Sequence record: PV053165
DNA length: 64,000 bases
Reading direction: 5' to 3' (one strand)
Source of the DNA: Escherichia phage PBM-3
Part shown: positions 20,401 through 30,068 of the stretch, one piece after another
Position numbering within the stretch: the first letter of the stretch is position 1
Layout of the letters: each line of letters starts with the position of its first letter
Made by a program: the position numbers and the translations under genes
The notes under the pieces: model-generated
What the model was told of the DNA's origin: nothing
Databases searched by the model: none
What the model saw: only the letters and a program-made list of their open reading frames with translations

Positions 20401-23400
20401 ACCCTCACCAATGAGGATACCACTCAAAAAGTAGCTGAAACTAAAACGGAAATGGAAACAGTTTTCCCTGTCTATAACAATGACAAGACACCGAACCAGT
20501 TCCTGAAATCATTTACCCTGCCGGAAGAACCTAAGTCTCGCACCATTGGTTCTGAATCCCCTTTGACTGATATTAAGCAAGCACTGTCTTCTACTGCACG
20601 CTTTGAAGCATTCACTCAAAAAGAAAATAACGCTCTCACAAGTGATGTGATTAAGCGTTATCAGGACTTAATGGGCTTTGGTGAAACTCTGAAGACTACT
20701 CTGTCTGATCGTCTGGCTAAGTTTCTTGCTAATAAGAACGTTGGTAAACGCTTTGCAGAAGGCACAGAGGCTAACCGTTGGGTAGGTGGTAAGTTACTTA
20801 ATATCGTAGAGAAAGACGGAGACACCTTTAAGTTCAATGACCAGTTGTTAGAGACTGCTGTACTTGCTGGTCTGCAATGGCGACTGACTGCTACACAGAA
20901 TGCTGCTGTTAAAGACATGAAAGATGTAGCTGCTATTACTGGAGTAGAAGCATCCTTGTTACCTGAAGGTATCCTGGCTGAATTTGAGAATGCTCAGACT
21001 CTGGTTGAAGCTACTAACTCACTGGCTCAAAAGATTGAATCTTACTGGGGATTGAATCGTAATCCTAATGCACCACTGGGTTATACCAAAGGTATTCCAA
21101 TGGCAATGGCTACAGAGATTCTGTCTTCTCTCATTGAGATGGGTGAAGTTAAAGAGTCTATGCTTGATGTGTCTGAGATTGACCCAGACTCTAATAAGAC
21201 CGTCGGTCTGTATACCATTGAGAAGCTGGATGATAACGATGCCATTAACAAGTTCCCTACTGCTATCGAGGAAGCTGTTCTCGTAGAACCAGAAGAGAAA
21301 ATGTACTTTGGTGATGATATTCCTTCCGTGGCTCAAACTCAGTTACGTAACCCTGCTGTTAAGAATACCCCAGAGCAGAAAGCTGCTCTTAAAGCAGAAC
21401 AGGCTACCGAGTTCCGTGTACACATGCCGATGGTTAACTTCTATGAAGCATTAGGTCGTGACAACATTCTGGAACTGATGGGTGCTGGTACTCTTAATCC
21501 TGAACTGCTGAACGTGAACACTGCTAAGTCACTGGAGGGTAAAAACCTGTCAGTGTCTATGGCATATGATTCCCTGTTCGGTGTAATCAACCAGTTACAG
21601 GAACAGGAGAATGGTCTGGATACGCCTATTCACTATGGTTACAACATGACCCGTGTAGGTCGTATGCAGATGTTAGGTAAGAACAACCCACAATCCAGTA
21701 AACTGGTTCGTGAAGCAATTCTGCCAACCTTCTCTACTATTGACTTGAGTAATGAAAACAGCCAAACATTCTCTGACTTCCAGCTAGGACTGGCTCAGGC
21801 ATTGGGTATCAAGGTACATAATATGTCCCGTGAAGCTATGTCTGAAAAGCTGACCAAAGCTCTGGAAGGTAATCTGAAACCTGCTGTTGATATGATGGTT
21901 GAGTTTGATAAGTCTGGCCACTTACCAGCTGATGCAGTAGATATTCTGAAGACTTCTTTGGGTGGCGATAAATCATTCGTAGCTCTCATGGCTCTTATGG
22001 AATATGCCCGTTACCTGAACAGTGATGACCGTGCCAACTTTAATACCCCACTGTACGTTGAAGCCGATGGTGTAACCAACGGACCAATCAACGCAATGAT
22101 ATTAATGACAGGTGGTAAGTTCACTTCAGACTGGATTAAGAATACTGCTAAAGGTGGTCTGTTCTTCGGTAAAGCTGGTAAGACTATGAATGAGCATCGT
22201 TCACAGGATGACAGTGTTGACCTGTATGAAGCATCTACCAATGGTCTGCAACAAGCACTTAATGAGTTACGTACTACTTACCGTAACAACGTTCCGGTTA
22301 TGAACCAAATGAATCATCTTCAGAAGTTAATGGACCTGTTTATTAAAGACTTTAACCTGAATGAAGACGGTACTCTGGACCTAAAACGTGGTATCGCTAA
22401 AAACCCACTGACCATTACCATCTATGGTTCAGGTGCTCGTGGTATTGCTGGCAAGATGGTTAGTGCAATTACTGATACCATCTATGAACGCTTCAGTGAT
22501 GTTCTGCAAGCTCGTGCTGCTGACCCTAGTATTTCCCCAGCTATGGCAATGTTTGGTAAGGAGGCTGCGTCTGAGGCTGATGCTCAGGCTATGCTGGATA
22601 CTTTCCTTACTTCTATGGAAGCACTGACTGGTAATGTTCCAGTTATGCGTAAAGGTGAATTGTCTATTCAACAGGTAGAAGGTGCTCTGACTGGTAAGTT
22701 AGACCCTCAGAAGTTTACCGTATCGGGTAATGCCCTGAAGAACTTACAAGAGAACATGCTTCACCTGTTCGTTGAACCAATGCGTACTGGTATCCGGAAT
22801 ACTGTTGGGGAAGGTCTGATGCATTCTACTGAGAACTTGCAGAAGGCTACCCAGATTCAGTCTTTGGTTCTACAAGACATGTTCCAACAAGCAGTACAGG
22901 CTAAGCTGGCAGAAAAAGAAAAAGACCCAACCTGGAAGAAGGGTGATTTCTTAACACAGAAAGAACTGAATGAAATTCAGGAATCATTGTCTCCACTGGC
23001 TCCAATGATTGAGACTGGTTCACAGACTTTCTATATTGCTGGTAGTGAGAATACTGATGTTGCTAACCAGGTACTGGCTACCAACTTAGATGACCGTATG
23101 CGTGTGCCAATGAGCATCTATGCTCCTTCTCAGGCAGGCGTTGCAGGTATTCCATTTATGACCATTGGCACTGGTGATGGCATGATGATGCAGACCCTTT
23201 CTACTATGAAAGGTGCTCCGAAGAATACCCTGAAAATCTTTGATGGTATGAACATTGGTATCGACAACATCACTGATGCAAGTCGTAAAGCTAACGAGGC
23301 TGTATACACTTCCTGGCAGGGTAACCCTATCAAGAATGTTTATGAGTCTTTTACTAAGTTCATGAAGAACGTAGACTTCAGCAAACTATCTGATGAAACC

Positions 23401-26400
23401 AAACAGGCTATCGCTAAATCTGCTCTGGAATATGACCAGCGTGAAGGTGCTACCGATGACCTGTTACGTGTTGGTGCTGAACAGATTGAACGTAACCTGC
23501 GTAATATTGCTCTGGGTGTAGATATTCGTCACAAAGTAATGAACCAGGTACAGACTACTGTTGACCAGATGGCTGCTGTTGGTGCTCCTTATGTGAACAA
23601 CGGTAAAATCTCTCTGGAAGGTCTGACCGTAGACCAACAAGTAGCTAAGCTAAATGAACTGTTCGATGCTGAATTAAACAAACGTCGTGATGCAGTACGT
23701 GCTGCTAAAGTAGAACCAGTGAAAGAAGTGCCAGCAATGGAACAGGTTGGTCGTGTACTGAAGTCTGGTGTACGCCTACTGTCTAATACTGCTATCTCTA
23801 AGCTGGCTAAAGAGATGTCTCCGGAACAGCAAGCAGTACTGAAAGAAGTACAGAAATCCCTTGCTGCTAAAGATTATAAGGTTGTTTACGGTACACCTTC
23901 CCAACTGGATGCTTATGCTATTGAGAAGAATATTACTCGCCCAGCACCAGAAGATATTGAAGCTGCTGAAGCTGGTAATGCGTATGGTTGGACTAACTTT
24001 GAAGATAAGACCATCTACTTAGTTACCCCTTCCTTAGAGACTCTGGTTCATGAATTGGTGCATGCTTCTACTTTTGAATCTGTACTGGCTCACTATGAGG
24101 GTACTCCTAATGAAGCGGTCCAGAACATTGAAGACCTGATGAACCAGTTCCGTGCTCTGGATGTTAAGGATGAATCCCCGGCAGTTCGGGAAGCATATGC
24201 AGATGCTCTTAATACTATTAACGGTCATCTATCTAATGGCTTCATTGAGCCAGCAATGGCTAAAGCTGCTGCACTGAATGAGTACATGGCATGGGGTTTA
24301 ACTAACCGTGAACTGATTAGTAAGCAGAAGAAAACCACTGCACTGAAGACTATGGTTCAGGCTGTATATGAAGCAATCAAGCGTCTGGTATTTGGGCGTA
24401 AGAAAGCACCAGCTAATGCAGATGATATGTTCTCTGGCTTACTGTTTAACTCGTCCGTAGTTATGCGTGGGCAAGCTCCTACTGCTGCTGTAGCCAAAGA
24501 TACTACTCTGTTCCATAACAAAACGTATGGTGACAATACTCGTCTGGAAGAGCTAGGGAAAACCTTCGATAAACTGATTACTGACTACATTGGTTCTGAA
24601 CCAGTACAGCAAGTAATTCGTAAAGGTAAGTTCTCTGATGCAGTGGTTAATGCGACTAAAGTAACTCGTGATGTTCAGGCTCATGGCTTCACTATGAATA
24701 TGCAGGAACAACGTCTCTTTACTAACATTGTTGCTGCACTGGCTACTGAAGCTGCTATTAATCCTGCTGCTCTGGCTCGTGCACAGGAATACTACACACA
24801 TGTTACTAAGAACCTGACCGTTGAGTCATTCATGGCTGACCCAGATAGTACTAACCCTGCTGACCGTTACTATGCACAGCAGAAGTTCGATACCATCATG
24901 GGTGCTAACAACATTGAGTTTGATGCACAAGGCCGTTCTTCCTTACTGCCTACCTTTGTTGGTCTGGCAATGGTAAGTGAAGAAGTGCGTAAAGTACTGG
25001 CTGACATTCCTGTTATGAAAGTAGACAAGAAATCTGGCAATACCGCTGATGCAATGCTGACTAACATCGGTACTGCTGCAATGGCTAGTCTGAATGCTCG
25101 TGTAGCAGGAGATACTAAAGCTACCAACGTACAGGAAGGTATGGATGCACTGGCTCAGACAATCATGCAGACGAGTCTCAATGCGCAGTCCTTCTATGAT
25201 TCCATTGCTACTCCTAGTGGTAATGCTATCGACCGTGCTAACCAGTATCTGGTGGATTCTATTGATGTACTGTCTACCCGTGCTTTAGAGGGTGCTCGTG
25301 AAGTTGCAGCTAATACCAAGAACCCGTTGGTTAAAGGTGCTGCTCATGCTGCACAACTAATAGCTGCTATTGCTACAGAGAAAAATGGTGCAATCGTAGC
25401 TGAGGGTGTTATGGCTGCAATGAACCAGGGTAAGGTATGGCAACCTTTCCATGACCTGGTTAATGACTTAACTGGTCGTACTAAGAGCAATGCTTCTGTA
25501 TATGATTTGATTAAAGCAGTGCGTGCACAGGTACAGGCTGACCGTCAGCAGTTCCGTGAACATTTGCCTACCACTATTGCATCTAAGTTCAGCCGTAAGC
25601 TTACTAATGATGAGTGGAAAGCAATGCATACCGGTATGGGTAAAACCGACTTAGCTGTTCTGCGTGACACTATGTCTCTGGGTGAAATTCGTGACTTGCT
25701 GACTGACCAAAAGATTGTTGACCGTGAAGTGAATAAGCTGGAAGCAGATTTGCAGAAACAAGCAGGACGTAACTGGCCTTTGATTAGCCGTAAATCTAAG
25801 CAACTGGCTCAGTACATGATTAATGGCACAGTTGGTAATAACTTGCTGCGTAATGCTACTGCAATCTCTCGTATGCTGGGTGAACGACAGGCTGCACGTT
25901 CTACTGTAGATGTAGCTCAACTGGATAAACTGATTACTCTGTATGCACTGGAAGCAATGAGTAAGACTGACCGTGAGATGTTATCTTCACTGGCTCAGAC
26001 AGAGATTGAAGGCATGGACTTCGCTACTTCTTATCTGGTTGGTCAGCGTAAAGATGAAATGGCTAAAGCCAAATCTGATACTCGTGCAACTCTGAACCAG
26101 TACAAAGGGTATATTCCTGGTGAGACTAAACAGGGTGTTAACTTGATTGTTGCTGAAGATAGTCAGTTTGCTGATTTGATTGAGAAGTCCTATGTACGTC
26201 TGGGTACTTATCAGGGTAGCTCTGCTAATCGTGGTCCAGCACGTAGCTACTACTTTGCACCGGTACAGGCACAGGCTCCATTCTCGCAAGGTATCTTACA
26301 GAACGTTCGCAATACTGCTGGTGGTGTAGACCTTGGTACAGGCTTTACGATGGGTACAATGGTAGCTGGTCGTATCACTGACAAGCCTTCTGTAGACCGT

Positions 26401-27852
26401 ATCACTAAAGCACTGGCTCGCGGTGAACGTGGTAATGAACCACTGCTGCCTGTATATGATGATAAAGGCAATGTGGTTGCTTATGAGCAATCTATTGACC
26501 CTAACATGCTGAAGCACATTGAGGGTGAGAACCATCTCGCTCGTGCAATCGGTGTATGGCGTGGTCGTCAGGTAGAGGAAGCTAAGGCTCAGCGTTTTAA
26601 CGATATGCTGATTGAGAACCTGCATAGCATGTATGAAAACGACATTAAAATGTCTGCCTCTAACAAGTCACAGTACGTTAACCTTCTTGGTTCTAAACTG
26701 GACCCAGTAACTGCTGATGCCCTTAAGCTGATGAACAGTGAAACTCGTCAGAAAGCAGAAAGTCTGTTTGGTCCTGGTGAGTTGTGGGTACGTCGTGACA
26801 TGCTGAATGATGCACTGGGCTATCGTGCAGCTTCCGTAGGTGATGCCTGGTCTGGCAATTCTCGTTGGTCACCAGAAACACTGGATACCTTCAAGAAAGC
26901 TATGTTGGGTGTATTCGGCAACCGTGCTTATAAGTATGTAATGGGTGGTGAGAACCTGGTTCAAAACTTAGTTAAAGAAGCTAAGACTCTGATTGTAGTT
27001 AAATCAGTAGTTGTTCCTGCTGTTAACTTCCTGGCTAACCTTTACCAGATGGTTGGTCGTGGTGTACCTGTTAAGAACATTGCTAAGAGCATTCCACAGA
27101 AGACTGCTGAGATTAACCAGTACCTGAAATCTCGTCTGCGTCAGGTAGATGCAGAAGCAGAATTACGTGCAGCTACTAACCCGAACCAGATTCGTAAGCT
27201 TAAGGCTGAAATTCAGTCCATCACTGATAGTCATAAGCGTATGAGTATCTGGCCTCTGTTAGAAGCTGGTGAGTTTTCTTCAATTGCAGATGCTGGTATT
27301 GGACGAGATGACATCCTGATTACTGAAGGTAAACTTCACGAATACATGGATAAACTGGCTGATAAGTTACCTAAGTCTGTACGTAATGCTGGACGTTATG
27401 CCCTTATCACCAAGGATACTGCTTTATTCCAGGGTATCCAGAAGACGGTTGAGTACTCTGACTTTATTGCTAAAGCAATCATCTATGATGATTTGACTCA
27501 GCGTAAAGGTAAGACTCGTGAAGAAGCACTTGGACGTGTAACGGAAGAGTTCATTAACTATGACCGTCTGCCTGGTCGCTTCCGTGGGTATATGGAAAGT
27601 GTTGGTCTTATGTGGTTCTATAATTTTAAGATTCGTTCTGCAAAAATTGCAGTATCCATGATTCGTAACAACCCGGTACACGCAGCTATGGCTATGTTGG
27701 CTCCAACTCCTACCATGTTTGGTAATGTTGGTTTACCTATTCAGGACAACATCTTCAGTATTGCTGCACAAGGCAATCTCGGTTACTCCTGGGGCTTCGG
27801 TCAGGGACTTCGTGCCCATAACCTTAACCCTTGGCTCAATCTAGCTAACTAA
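17479..27852 (+). CDS. Virion-encapsidated RNA polymerase (giant, 3457 aa)
   Basis: Single ~10.4 kb ORF. Central region has single-subunit RNAP motifs: PLYVEADGVTNG (motif A-like), RGIAKNPLTITIYGSG (exact Rx3Kx7YG motif B), KIFDGMNIG (motif C-like). Size and position match N4-type vRNAP. Confidence 0.8.
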   Translation: MNRKHAMSTFDRLAGFADSITNAKQVDVSTATSQKQAAQGQSPFQLTPENAYNLQTGRVGNLGIGAFEPGSLQADFTQASPLEILNKYGNEQGLQILNSRANAADVVRQDLSKQRTNAEAFGDTLSGVGLGVANTLGGIAALGTGLVNDNAGASIASGMDWLNEGVHNLQSDALNATRKVVQNQNQISAQKNQKLYEEDIKNGESSLVASLSRIGRDAFDSVANTLDNGMAATDGLSEGVGSLFTGGPLIRGVSALGKVMVGGDKAVKGITLAAELGSRPAQVALSAGRVAAPAIAIGGMEAGGAYQQTASEIMKMSHQELASKSPVYQQHIADGLSPDEARRQTASETGIIAAGLTAPVAAATGPLVSKFELNPLKVGSLAGAGSNMLRETVEEGIQSGTSQFAQNKAIQGNVDAKRDLLKGVGEQAGLGALYGFGSAGVAQAPGTTVKAVGASAGPALRTTLAGASLVGSALAKAASPITNILVQRGEEVAKRNEQASPVSDATVNAAAQEATAQAEQAQATVQEAVDAMDISPEEKAAATQYAADLTQAMKFDPVELEQASPTIREAVSGSTNRVEAIQKMADLVNTTEDPNVQMEAAIQMYDNIMSMDSFINRDPGALANLEQGSPAANIVDQFSGLMANVQNTPKVLRAFRAIHSMIQEQAEAGKLKATEEANQAQANNIAMAADMSPEVLDADSVNMVLKHASEGKITLGNRQRAALQSAAALLQGAREFDAKAEELGLRPQDIVSKQIKTDESRSNEGQYSALQHAKRIRSAYNSGNFDLASAYLDDFMKFAQHMQNKVGALNEHLISGNADKNKSVHYQALTPSREWVRSRTGLGVNPYDTKSVKFAQQVGLEAKTVADIANALATAYPELNVSHVKVTPLDSRLDKPAAQVVKEFRQGGLDATQSQQTNEPVNQVDETPAPAQETTTTTVQPKAKPVVENKTVPVKEASSKAEEVSTTKSETVDATLTNEDTTQKVAETKTEMETVFPVYNNDKTPNQFLKSFTLPEEPKSRTIGSESPLTDIKQALSSTARFEAFTQKENNALTSDVIKRYQDLMGFGETLKTTLSDRLAKFLANKNVGKRFAEGTEANRWVGGKLLNIVEKDGDTFKFNDQLLETAVLAGLQWRLTATQNAAVKDMKDVAAITGVEASLLPEGILAEFENAQTLVEATNSLAQKIESYWGLNRNPNAPLGYTKGIPMAMATEILSSLIEMGEVKESMLDVSEIDPDSNKTVGLYTIEKLDDNDAINKFPTAIEEAVLVEPEEKMYFGDDIPSVAQTQLRNPAVKNTPEQKAALKAEQATEFRVHMPMVNFYEALGRDNILELMGAGTLNPELLNVNTAKSLEGKNLSVSMAYDSLFGVINQLQEQENGLDTPIHYGYNMTRVGRMQMLGKNNPQSSKLVREAILPTFSTIDLSNENSQTFSDFQLGLAQALGIKVHNMSREAMSEKLTKALEGNLKPAVDMMVEFDKSGHLPADAVDILKTSLGGDKSFVALMALMEYARYLNSDDRANFNTPLYVEADGVTNGPINAMILMTGGKFTSDWIKNTAKGGLFFGKAGKTMNEHRSQDDSVDLYEASTNGLQQALNELRTTYRNNVPVMNQMNHLQKLMDLFIKDFNLNEDGTLDLKRGIAKNPLTITIYGSGARGIAGKMVSAITDTIYERFSDVLQARAADPSISPAMAMFGKEAASEADAQAMLDTFLTSMEALTGNVPVMRKGELSIQQVEGALTGKLDPQKFTVSGNALKNLQENMLHLFVEPMRTGIRNTVGEGLMHSTENLQKATQIQSLVLQDMFQQAVQAKLAEKEKDPTWKKGDFLTQKELNEIQESLSPLAPMIETGSQTFYIAGSENTDVANQVLATNLDDRMRVPMSIYAPSQAGVAGIPFMTIGTGDGMMMQTLSTMKGAPKNTLKIFDGMNIGIDNITDASRKANEAVYTSWQGNPIKNVYESFTKFMKNVDFSKLSDETKQAIAKSALEYDQREGATDDLLRVGAEQIERNLRNIALGVDIRHKVMNQVQTTVDQMAAVGAPYVNNGKISLEGLTVDQQVAKLNELFDAELNKRRDAVRAAKVEPVKEVPAMEQVGRVLKSGVRLLSNTAISKLAKEMSPEQQAVLKEVQKSLAAKDYKVVYGTPSQLDAYAIEKNITRPAPEDIEAAEAGNAYGWTNFEDKTIYLVTPSLETLVHELVHASTFESVLAHYEGTPNEAVQNIEDLMNQFRALDVKDESPAVREAYADALNTINGHLSNGFIEPAMAKAAALNEYMAWGLTNRELISKQKKTTALKTMVQAVYEAIKRLVFGRKKAPANADDMFSGLLFNSSVVMRGQAPTAAVAKDTTLFHNKTYGDNTRLEELGKTFDKLITDYIGSEPVQQVIRKGKFSDAVVNATKVTRDVQAHGFTMNMQEQRLFTNIVAALATEAAINPAALARAQEYYTHVTKNLTVESFMADPDSTNPADRYYAQQKFDTIMGANNIEFDAQGRSSLLPTFVGLAMVSEEVRKVLADIPVMKVDKKSGNTADAMLTNIGTAAMASLNARVAGDTKATNVQEGMDALAQTIMQTSLNAQSFYDSIATPSGNAIDRANQYLVDSIDVLSTRALEGAREVAANTKNPLVKGAAHAAQLIAAIATEKNGAIVAEGVMAAMNQGKVWQPFHDLVNDLTGRTKSNASVYDLIKAVRAQVQADRQQFREHLPTTIASKFSRKLTNDEWKAMHTGMGKTDLAVLRDTMSLGEIRDLLTDQKIVDREVNKLEADLQKQAGRNWPLISRKSKQLAQYMINGTVGNNLLRNATAISRMLGERQAARSTVDVAQLDKLITLYALEAMSKTDREMLSSLAQTEIEGMDFATSYLVGQRKDEMAKAKSDTRATLNQYKGYIPGETKQGVNLIVAEDSQFADLIEKSYVRLGTYQGSSANRGPARSYYFAPVQAQAPFSQGILQNVRNTAGGVDLGTGFTMGTMVAGRITDKPSVDRITKALARGERGNEPLLPVYDDKGNVVAYEQSIDPNMLKHIEGENHLARAIGVWRGRQVEEAKAQRFNDMLIENLHSMYENDIKMSASNKSQYVNLLGSKLDPVTADALKLMNSETRQKAESLFGPGELWVRRDMLNDALGYRAASVGDAWSGNSRWSPETLDTFKKAMLGVFGNRAYKYVMGGENLVQNLVKEAKTLIVVKSVVVPAVNFLANLYQMVGRGVPVKNIAKSIPQKTAEINQYLKSRLRQVDAEAELRAATNPNQIRKLKAEIQSITDSHKRMSIWPLLEAGEFSSIADAGIGRDDILITEGKLHEYMDKLADKLPKSVRNAGRYALITKDTALFQGIQKTVEYSDFIAKAIIYDDLTQRKGKTREEALGRVTEEFINYDRLPGRFRGYMESVGLMWFYNFKIRSAKIAVSMIRNNPVHAAMAMLAPTPTMFGNVGLPIQDNIFSIAAQGNLGYSWGFGQGLRAHNLNPWLNLAN

Positions 27853-27857
27853 ATGAA

Positions 27858-27888
27858 AAAGCCCCTCATTAGAGGGGCTTTAATTTTT
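27858..27888. terminator. Bidirectional terminator between the convergent arms
   Basis: AAGCCCCTC-ATTA-GAGGGGCTT hairpin flanked by A-run on one side and T-run on the other; lies between the + vRNAP stop and a - strand gene stop. Confidence 0.6.
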
Positions 27889-27889
27889 A

Positions 27890-28390
27890 CTAAACTAACA
27901 CCCAGTCTTCAGCTAATATATCTGATTGGGATGGGACCCAAGGCATAAACTGGTCATCAACAGTTTTGATTCCTAACCATGGACGAGGTTTCAATTCATC
28001 AGCAAGTCCTGGACGCTCTAAGCTACTGCTATTCCATTCTTGAGCAGCAACGTACTCAATGTACATTCCTTTACCATTCCAGCCTTTACGGGCTAGTTTG
28101 AAGCCGGATTTGAGAAGCTCTACTGCATGACCAAAGGTGCAACCTTTTTCTACGTCATGGTACGCAGTTTCAAATGCAGATTTAGGTGACCAGCTAATAT
28201 AGCCACGGAACTGAGGATGGTTAGACTTAGAGTCTGGGTACTCTACTAAGTAACCTTCTTCTAATGGGTCTTCATTAGCAGGTACATCCCAGCCACGAAG
28301 TTTGCAGTATGTTTCTTTGTTCATTCGGAAACCATTTACACACTTGGTTCCGATATAATTGGTAAAATGGACTTTAATTTCTTCTGACAT
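27890..28390 (-). CDS. DUF2829-like protein (Tad2-like candidate) with N-terminal extension
   Basis: C-terminal half FGHAVELLKSGFKLARKGWNGKGMYIEY...PWVPSQSDILAEDWVLV matches the DUF2829 pattern as recalled. Start placed at MSEEIK (GAGGT RBS upstream). Confidence 0.4.
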   Translation of the reverse strand: MSEEIKVHFTNYIGTKCVNGFRMNKETYCKLRGWDVPANEDPLEEGYLVEYPDSKSNHPQFRGYISWSPKSAFETAYHDVEKGCTFGHAVELLKSGFKLARKGWNGKGMYIEYVAAQEWNSSSLERPGLADELKPRPWLGIKTVDDQFMPWVPSQSDILAEDWVLV

Positions 28391-28408
28391 AACTACCTCA
28401 AATGAGAA

Positions 28409-28431
28409 AGCCCTCACTAGGAGGGCTTGTT
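28409..28431 (-). terminator. Intergenic hairpin (terminator/attenuator-like)
   Basis: AAGCCCTC-ACTA-GGAGGGCTT with T-rich flanks, just upstream of the 27890..28390 gene. Confidence 0.35.
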
Positions 28432-28508
28432 TTGTTTTGGCTTCATGAGCCTTACCACATGTCGGGTAGTTCAGTACCTTTCGGTAAAAACTACCTTACA
28501 CTTTTGAA

Positions 28509-28901
28509 TCAGATTGTACAACCACCACCATCACAGGTGTTGTTTTCTGCAAAGGAAGCCAGAGCTTTAGCAGTCTCTTCTTTCTCATGCAGTGCCTGAC
28601 GTAGCAGGTAACCTTCTAATTCCCAAATCTTATTGAATGCATTTTCATATGCATACTGACGGCCTTTTTGCTCATCATAGATAGCTGGGTCAACACAGGC
28701 AGATACACCTTCAACTTTGAAGCCATTTTCCAAGATGATAATGCAATAGGTTATCAGACCCAGGTTAGCCAAATCATCTGCCGGGAGTGCAGATGGATCA
28801 ACAAATGCAGACTTCACTGCATCAGCTCCATTAAAATAGTAGACGCTCTTAATCTTAGCTTCGATTGCTTCTTTACTTACTGTTGCCATTATTAGCCTCA
28901 T
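28509..28901 (-). CDS. Hypothetical protein
   Basis: 130-aa ORF with C-terminal Cys/Gly cluster (NNTCDGGGCTI). Confidence 0.4.
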   Translation of the reverse strand: MRLIMATVSKEAIEAKIKSVYYFNGADAVKSAFVDPSALPADDLANLGLITYCIIILENGFKVEGVSACVDPAIYDEQKGRQYAYENAFNKIWELEGYLLRQALHEKEETAKALASFAENNTCDGGGCTI

Positions 28902-29058
28902 AGAGTGGTTTGAGTTTGTACTTAAACATGACTGCGTTGTTATAGGCTACGCTACCTGCAAACACCAAAGACTTGCGTCCTCGATTATCCGTTACCTCAT
29001 AGGCATACGGGGTTGAGATTAGGTCAATCATATTGATTATCCAATTATTAATACTCAA
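28873..29058 (-). CDS. Hypothetical small protein
   Basis: 61-aa ORF overlapping the downstream gene start. Confidence 0.3.
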   Translation of the reverse strand: MSINNWIINMIDLISTPYAYEVTDNRGRKSLVFAGSVAYNNAVMFKYKLKPLYEANNGNSK

Positions 29059-29069
29059 ATAAAAAAGTC

Positions 29070-29098
29070 CCCCAGAGTGACGGCTCCAGGGGACTTAG
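29070..29098 (-). terminator. Terminator-like hairpin downstream of the tRNA cluster
   Basis: On the - strand: AAGTCCCC...GGGGGACTT stem followed by TTTTTTATTT. Confidence 0.45.
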
Positions 29099-29340
29099 TA
29101 CTATTTACCCATAGCTGGGAGGCTTTTGGTTCTTACCACGAAGACAGTCCACGCTGACCAGGCTTGGGATTGATAGTCCCGTTCCTGTGGTAATTACTCA
29201 GGCTAGGATTTAAGGAGTTCCTATTCTCCAGCGAAATTCCCGTCGAAGGGAATAACAATACAATAGCAGCCACTGGACTGTCTTACCAGTGTTGTCTTTA
29301 GAGTGCGATGCAATCAGGACTATGTTACTGCTAAATGGGT

Positions 29341-29413
29341 GTCCACTACTGGATTTGAACCAGTGACTTTCCGATTATTAGTCGGTTGCTTTCCCAGTCT
29401 AAGCTAAGCGGAC
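29341..29413 (-). tRNA. tRNA gene (isotype uncertain; apparent anticodon AAT)
   Basis: Reverse complement folds as a cloverleaf: 7-bp acceptor GTCCGCT/AGTGGAC, D-stem GCTT/AAGC, T-arm ACTGG-TTCAAAT-CCAGT, anticodon stem CCGA/TCGG with loop CTAATAA. Confidence 0.6.
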
Positions 29414-29419
29414 ATAATA

Positions 29420-29495
29420 TGGTTACCCGGACAGGATTCGAACCTGCGTCCTAGTTGGTTTACTAGTGGGGCTTTACCACTAAGCCTACCGGGTA
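29420..29495 (-). tRNA. tRNA gene with encoded CCA and non-canonical anticodon arm
   Basis: Reverse complement: acceptor TACCCGG/CCGGGTA, discriminator A plus CCA, D-stem GGCT/AGCC, T-arm GCAGG-TTCGAAT-CCTGT. The anticodon arm only pairs as CTAGT/ACTAG with a 6-nt (or 8-nt) loop. Confidence 0.6.
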
Positions 29496-29941
29496 TTAAT
29501 AGGTGAGTCATGCCAGACTCTAACTGGCTCCTTCTTCGCAATCCTTACATACCCCTACATAATTATTGCGTTAAGCTTTTTTGTTTAAGTTTAAGTGAAG
29601 GCGTTCTTGCTGACTCATAATTGGGTTGGGCGTTTGACGAATGACTAGTTCGTTACTACCCGTTTGCCATAAGTACCTGGCGACTTTGGTTTGAGGTGGG
29701 AGTCCGAGTCCTGTACAGCCTTACCGTTCACACATTGGCAGCGTATCTAGAATTGCACTTCCGGCAACTGGATTTAACTGTTACACCTCAAATATGGTAG
29801 GGGCGTCCAGAAGTCTCATCTGGTACTTACGCCGTCGTATGGTTACGACTTACCCCCATAATTCTTCCAATTTAGAGTAGCACTGTCACGGTGGGTGCTT
29901 TAAATGCCGGGAAACATTTAAATATACAATGCTACTTTGAA

Positions 29942-30017
29942 TTGGTTATCAGTGAAGGATTCGAACCTCCGGTTGGAGTCTATAGCTTACCGCAGCAGCC
30001 CTCCAATCTAGCGGTGT
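29942..30017 (-). tRNA. tRNA-like element (T-arm and acceptor 3' strand present; 5' half not foldable by hand)
   Basis: Reverse complement ends GGAGG-TTCGAAT-CCTTC-ACTGATA-A-CCA, but no matching 5' acceptor strand at canonical distance. The 5' boundary is uncertain. Confidence 0.3.
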
Positions 30018-30068
30018 CACACTTAGTCCAAACTTGAACATGTCAAGCCATCTCGTGCAACTGATAAT

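Noticed and set aside
18063-27681. Multiple 60-140 aa ORFs in other frames or antisense inside the virion RNA polymerase gene
   Set aside because: All lie within a single continuous 10.4-kb ORF with clear RNAP motifs; they are short, low-complexity and most plausibly frame artefacts.
29505-29580. Possible additional tRNA around the hairpin GCCAG-ACTCTAA-CTGGC
   Set aside because: The stem-loop looks like an anticodon arm, but no T-arm or acceptor stem could be found on either strand; probably an isolated hairpin.
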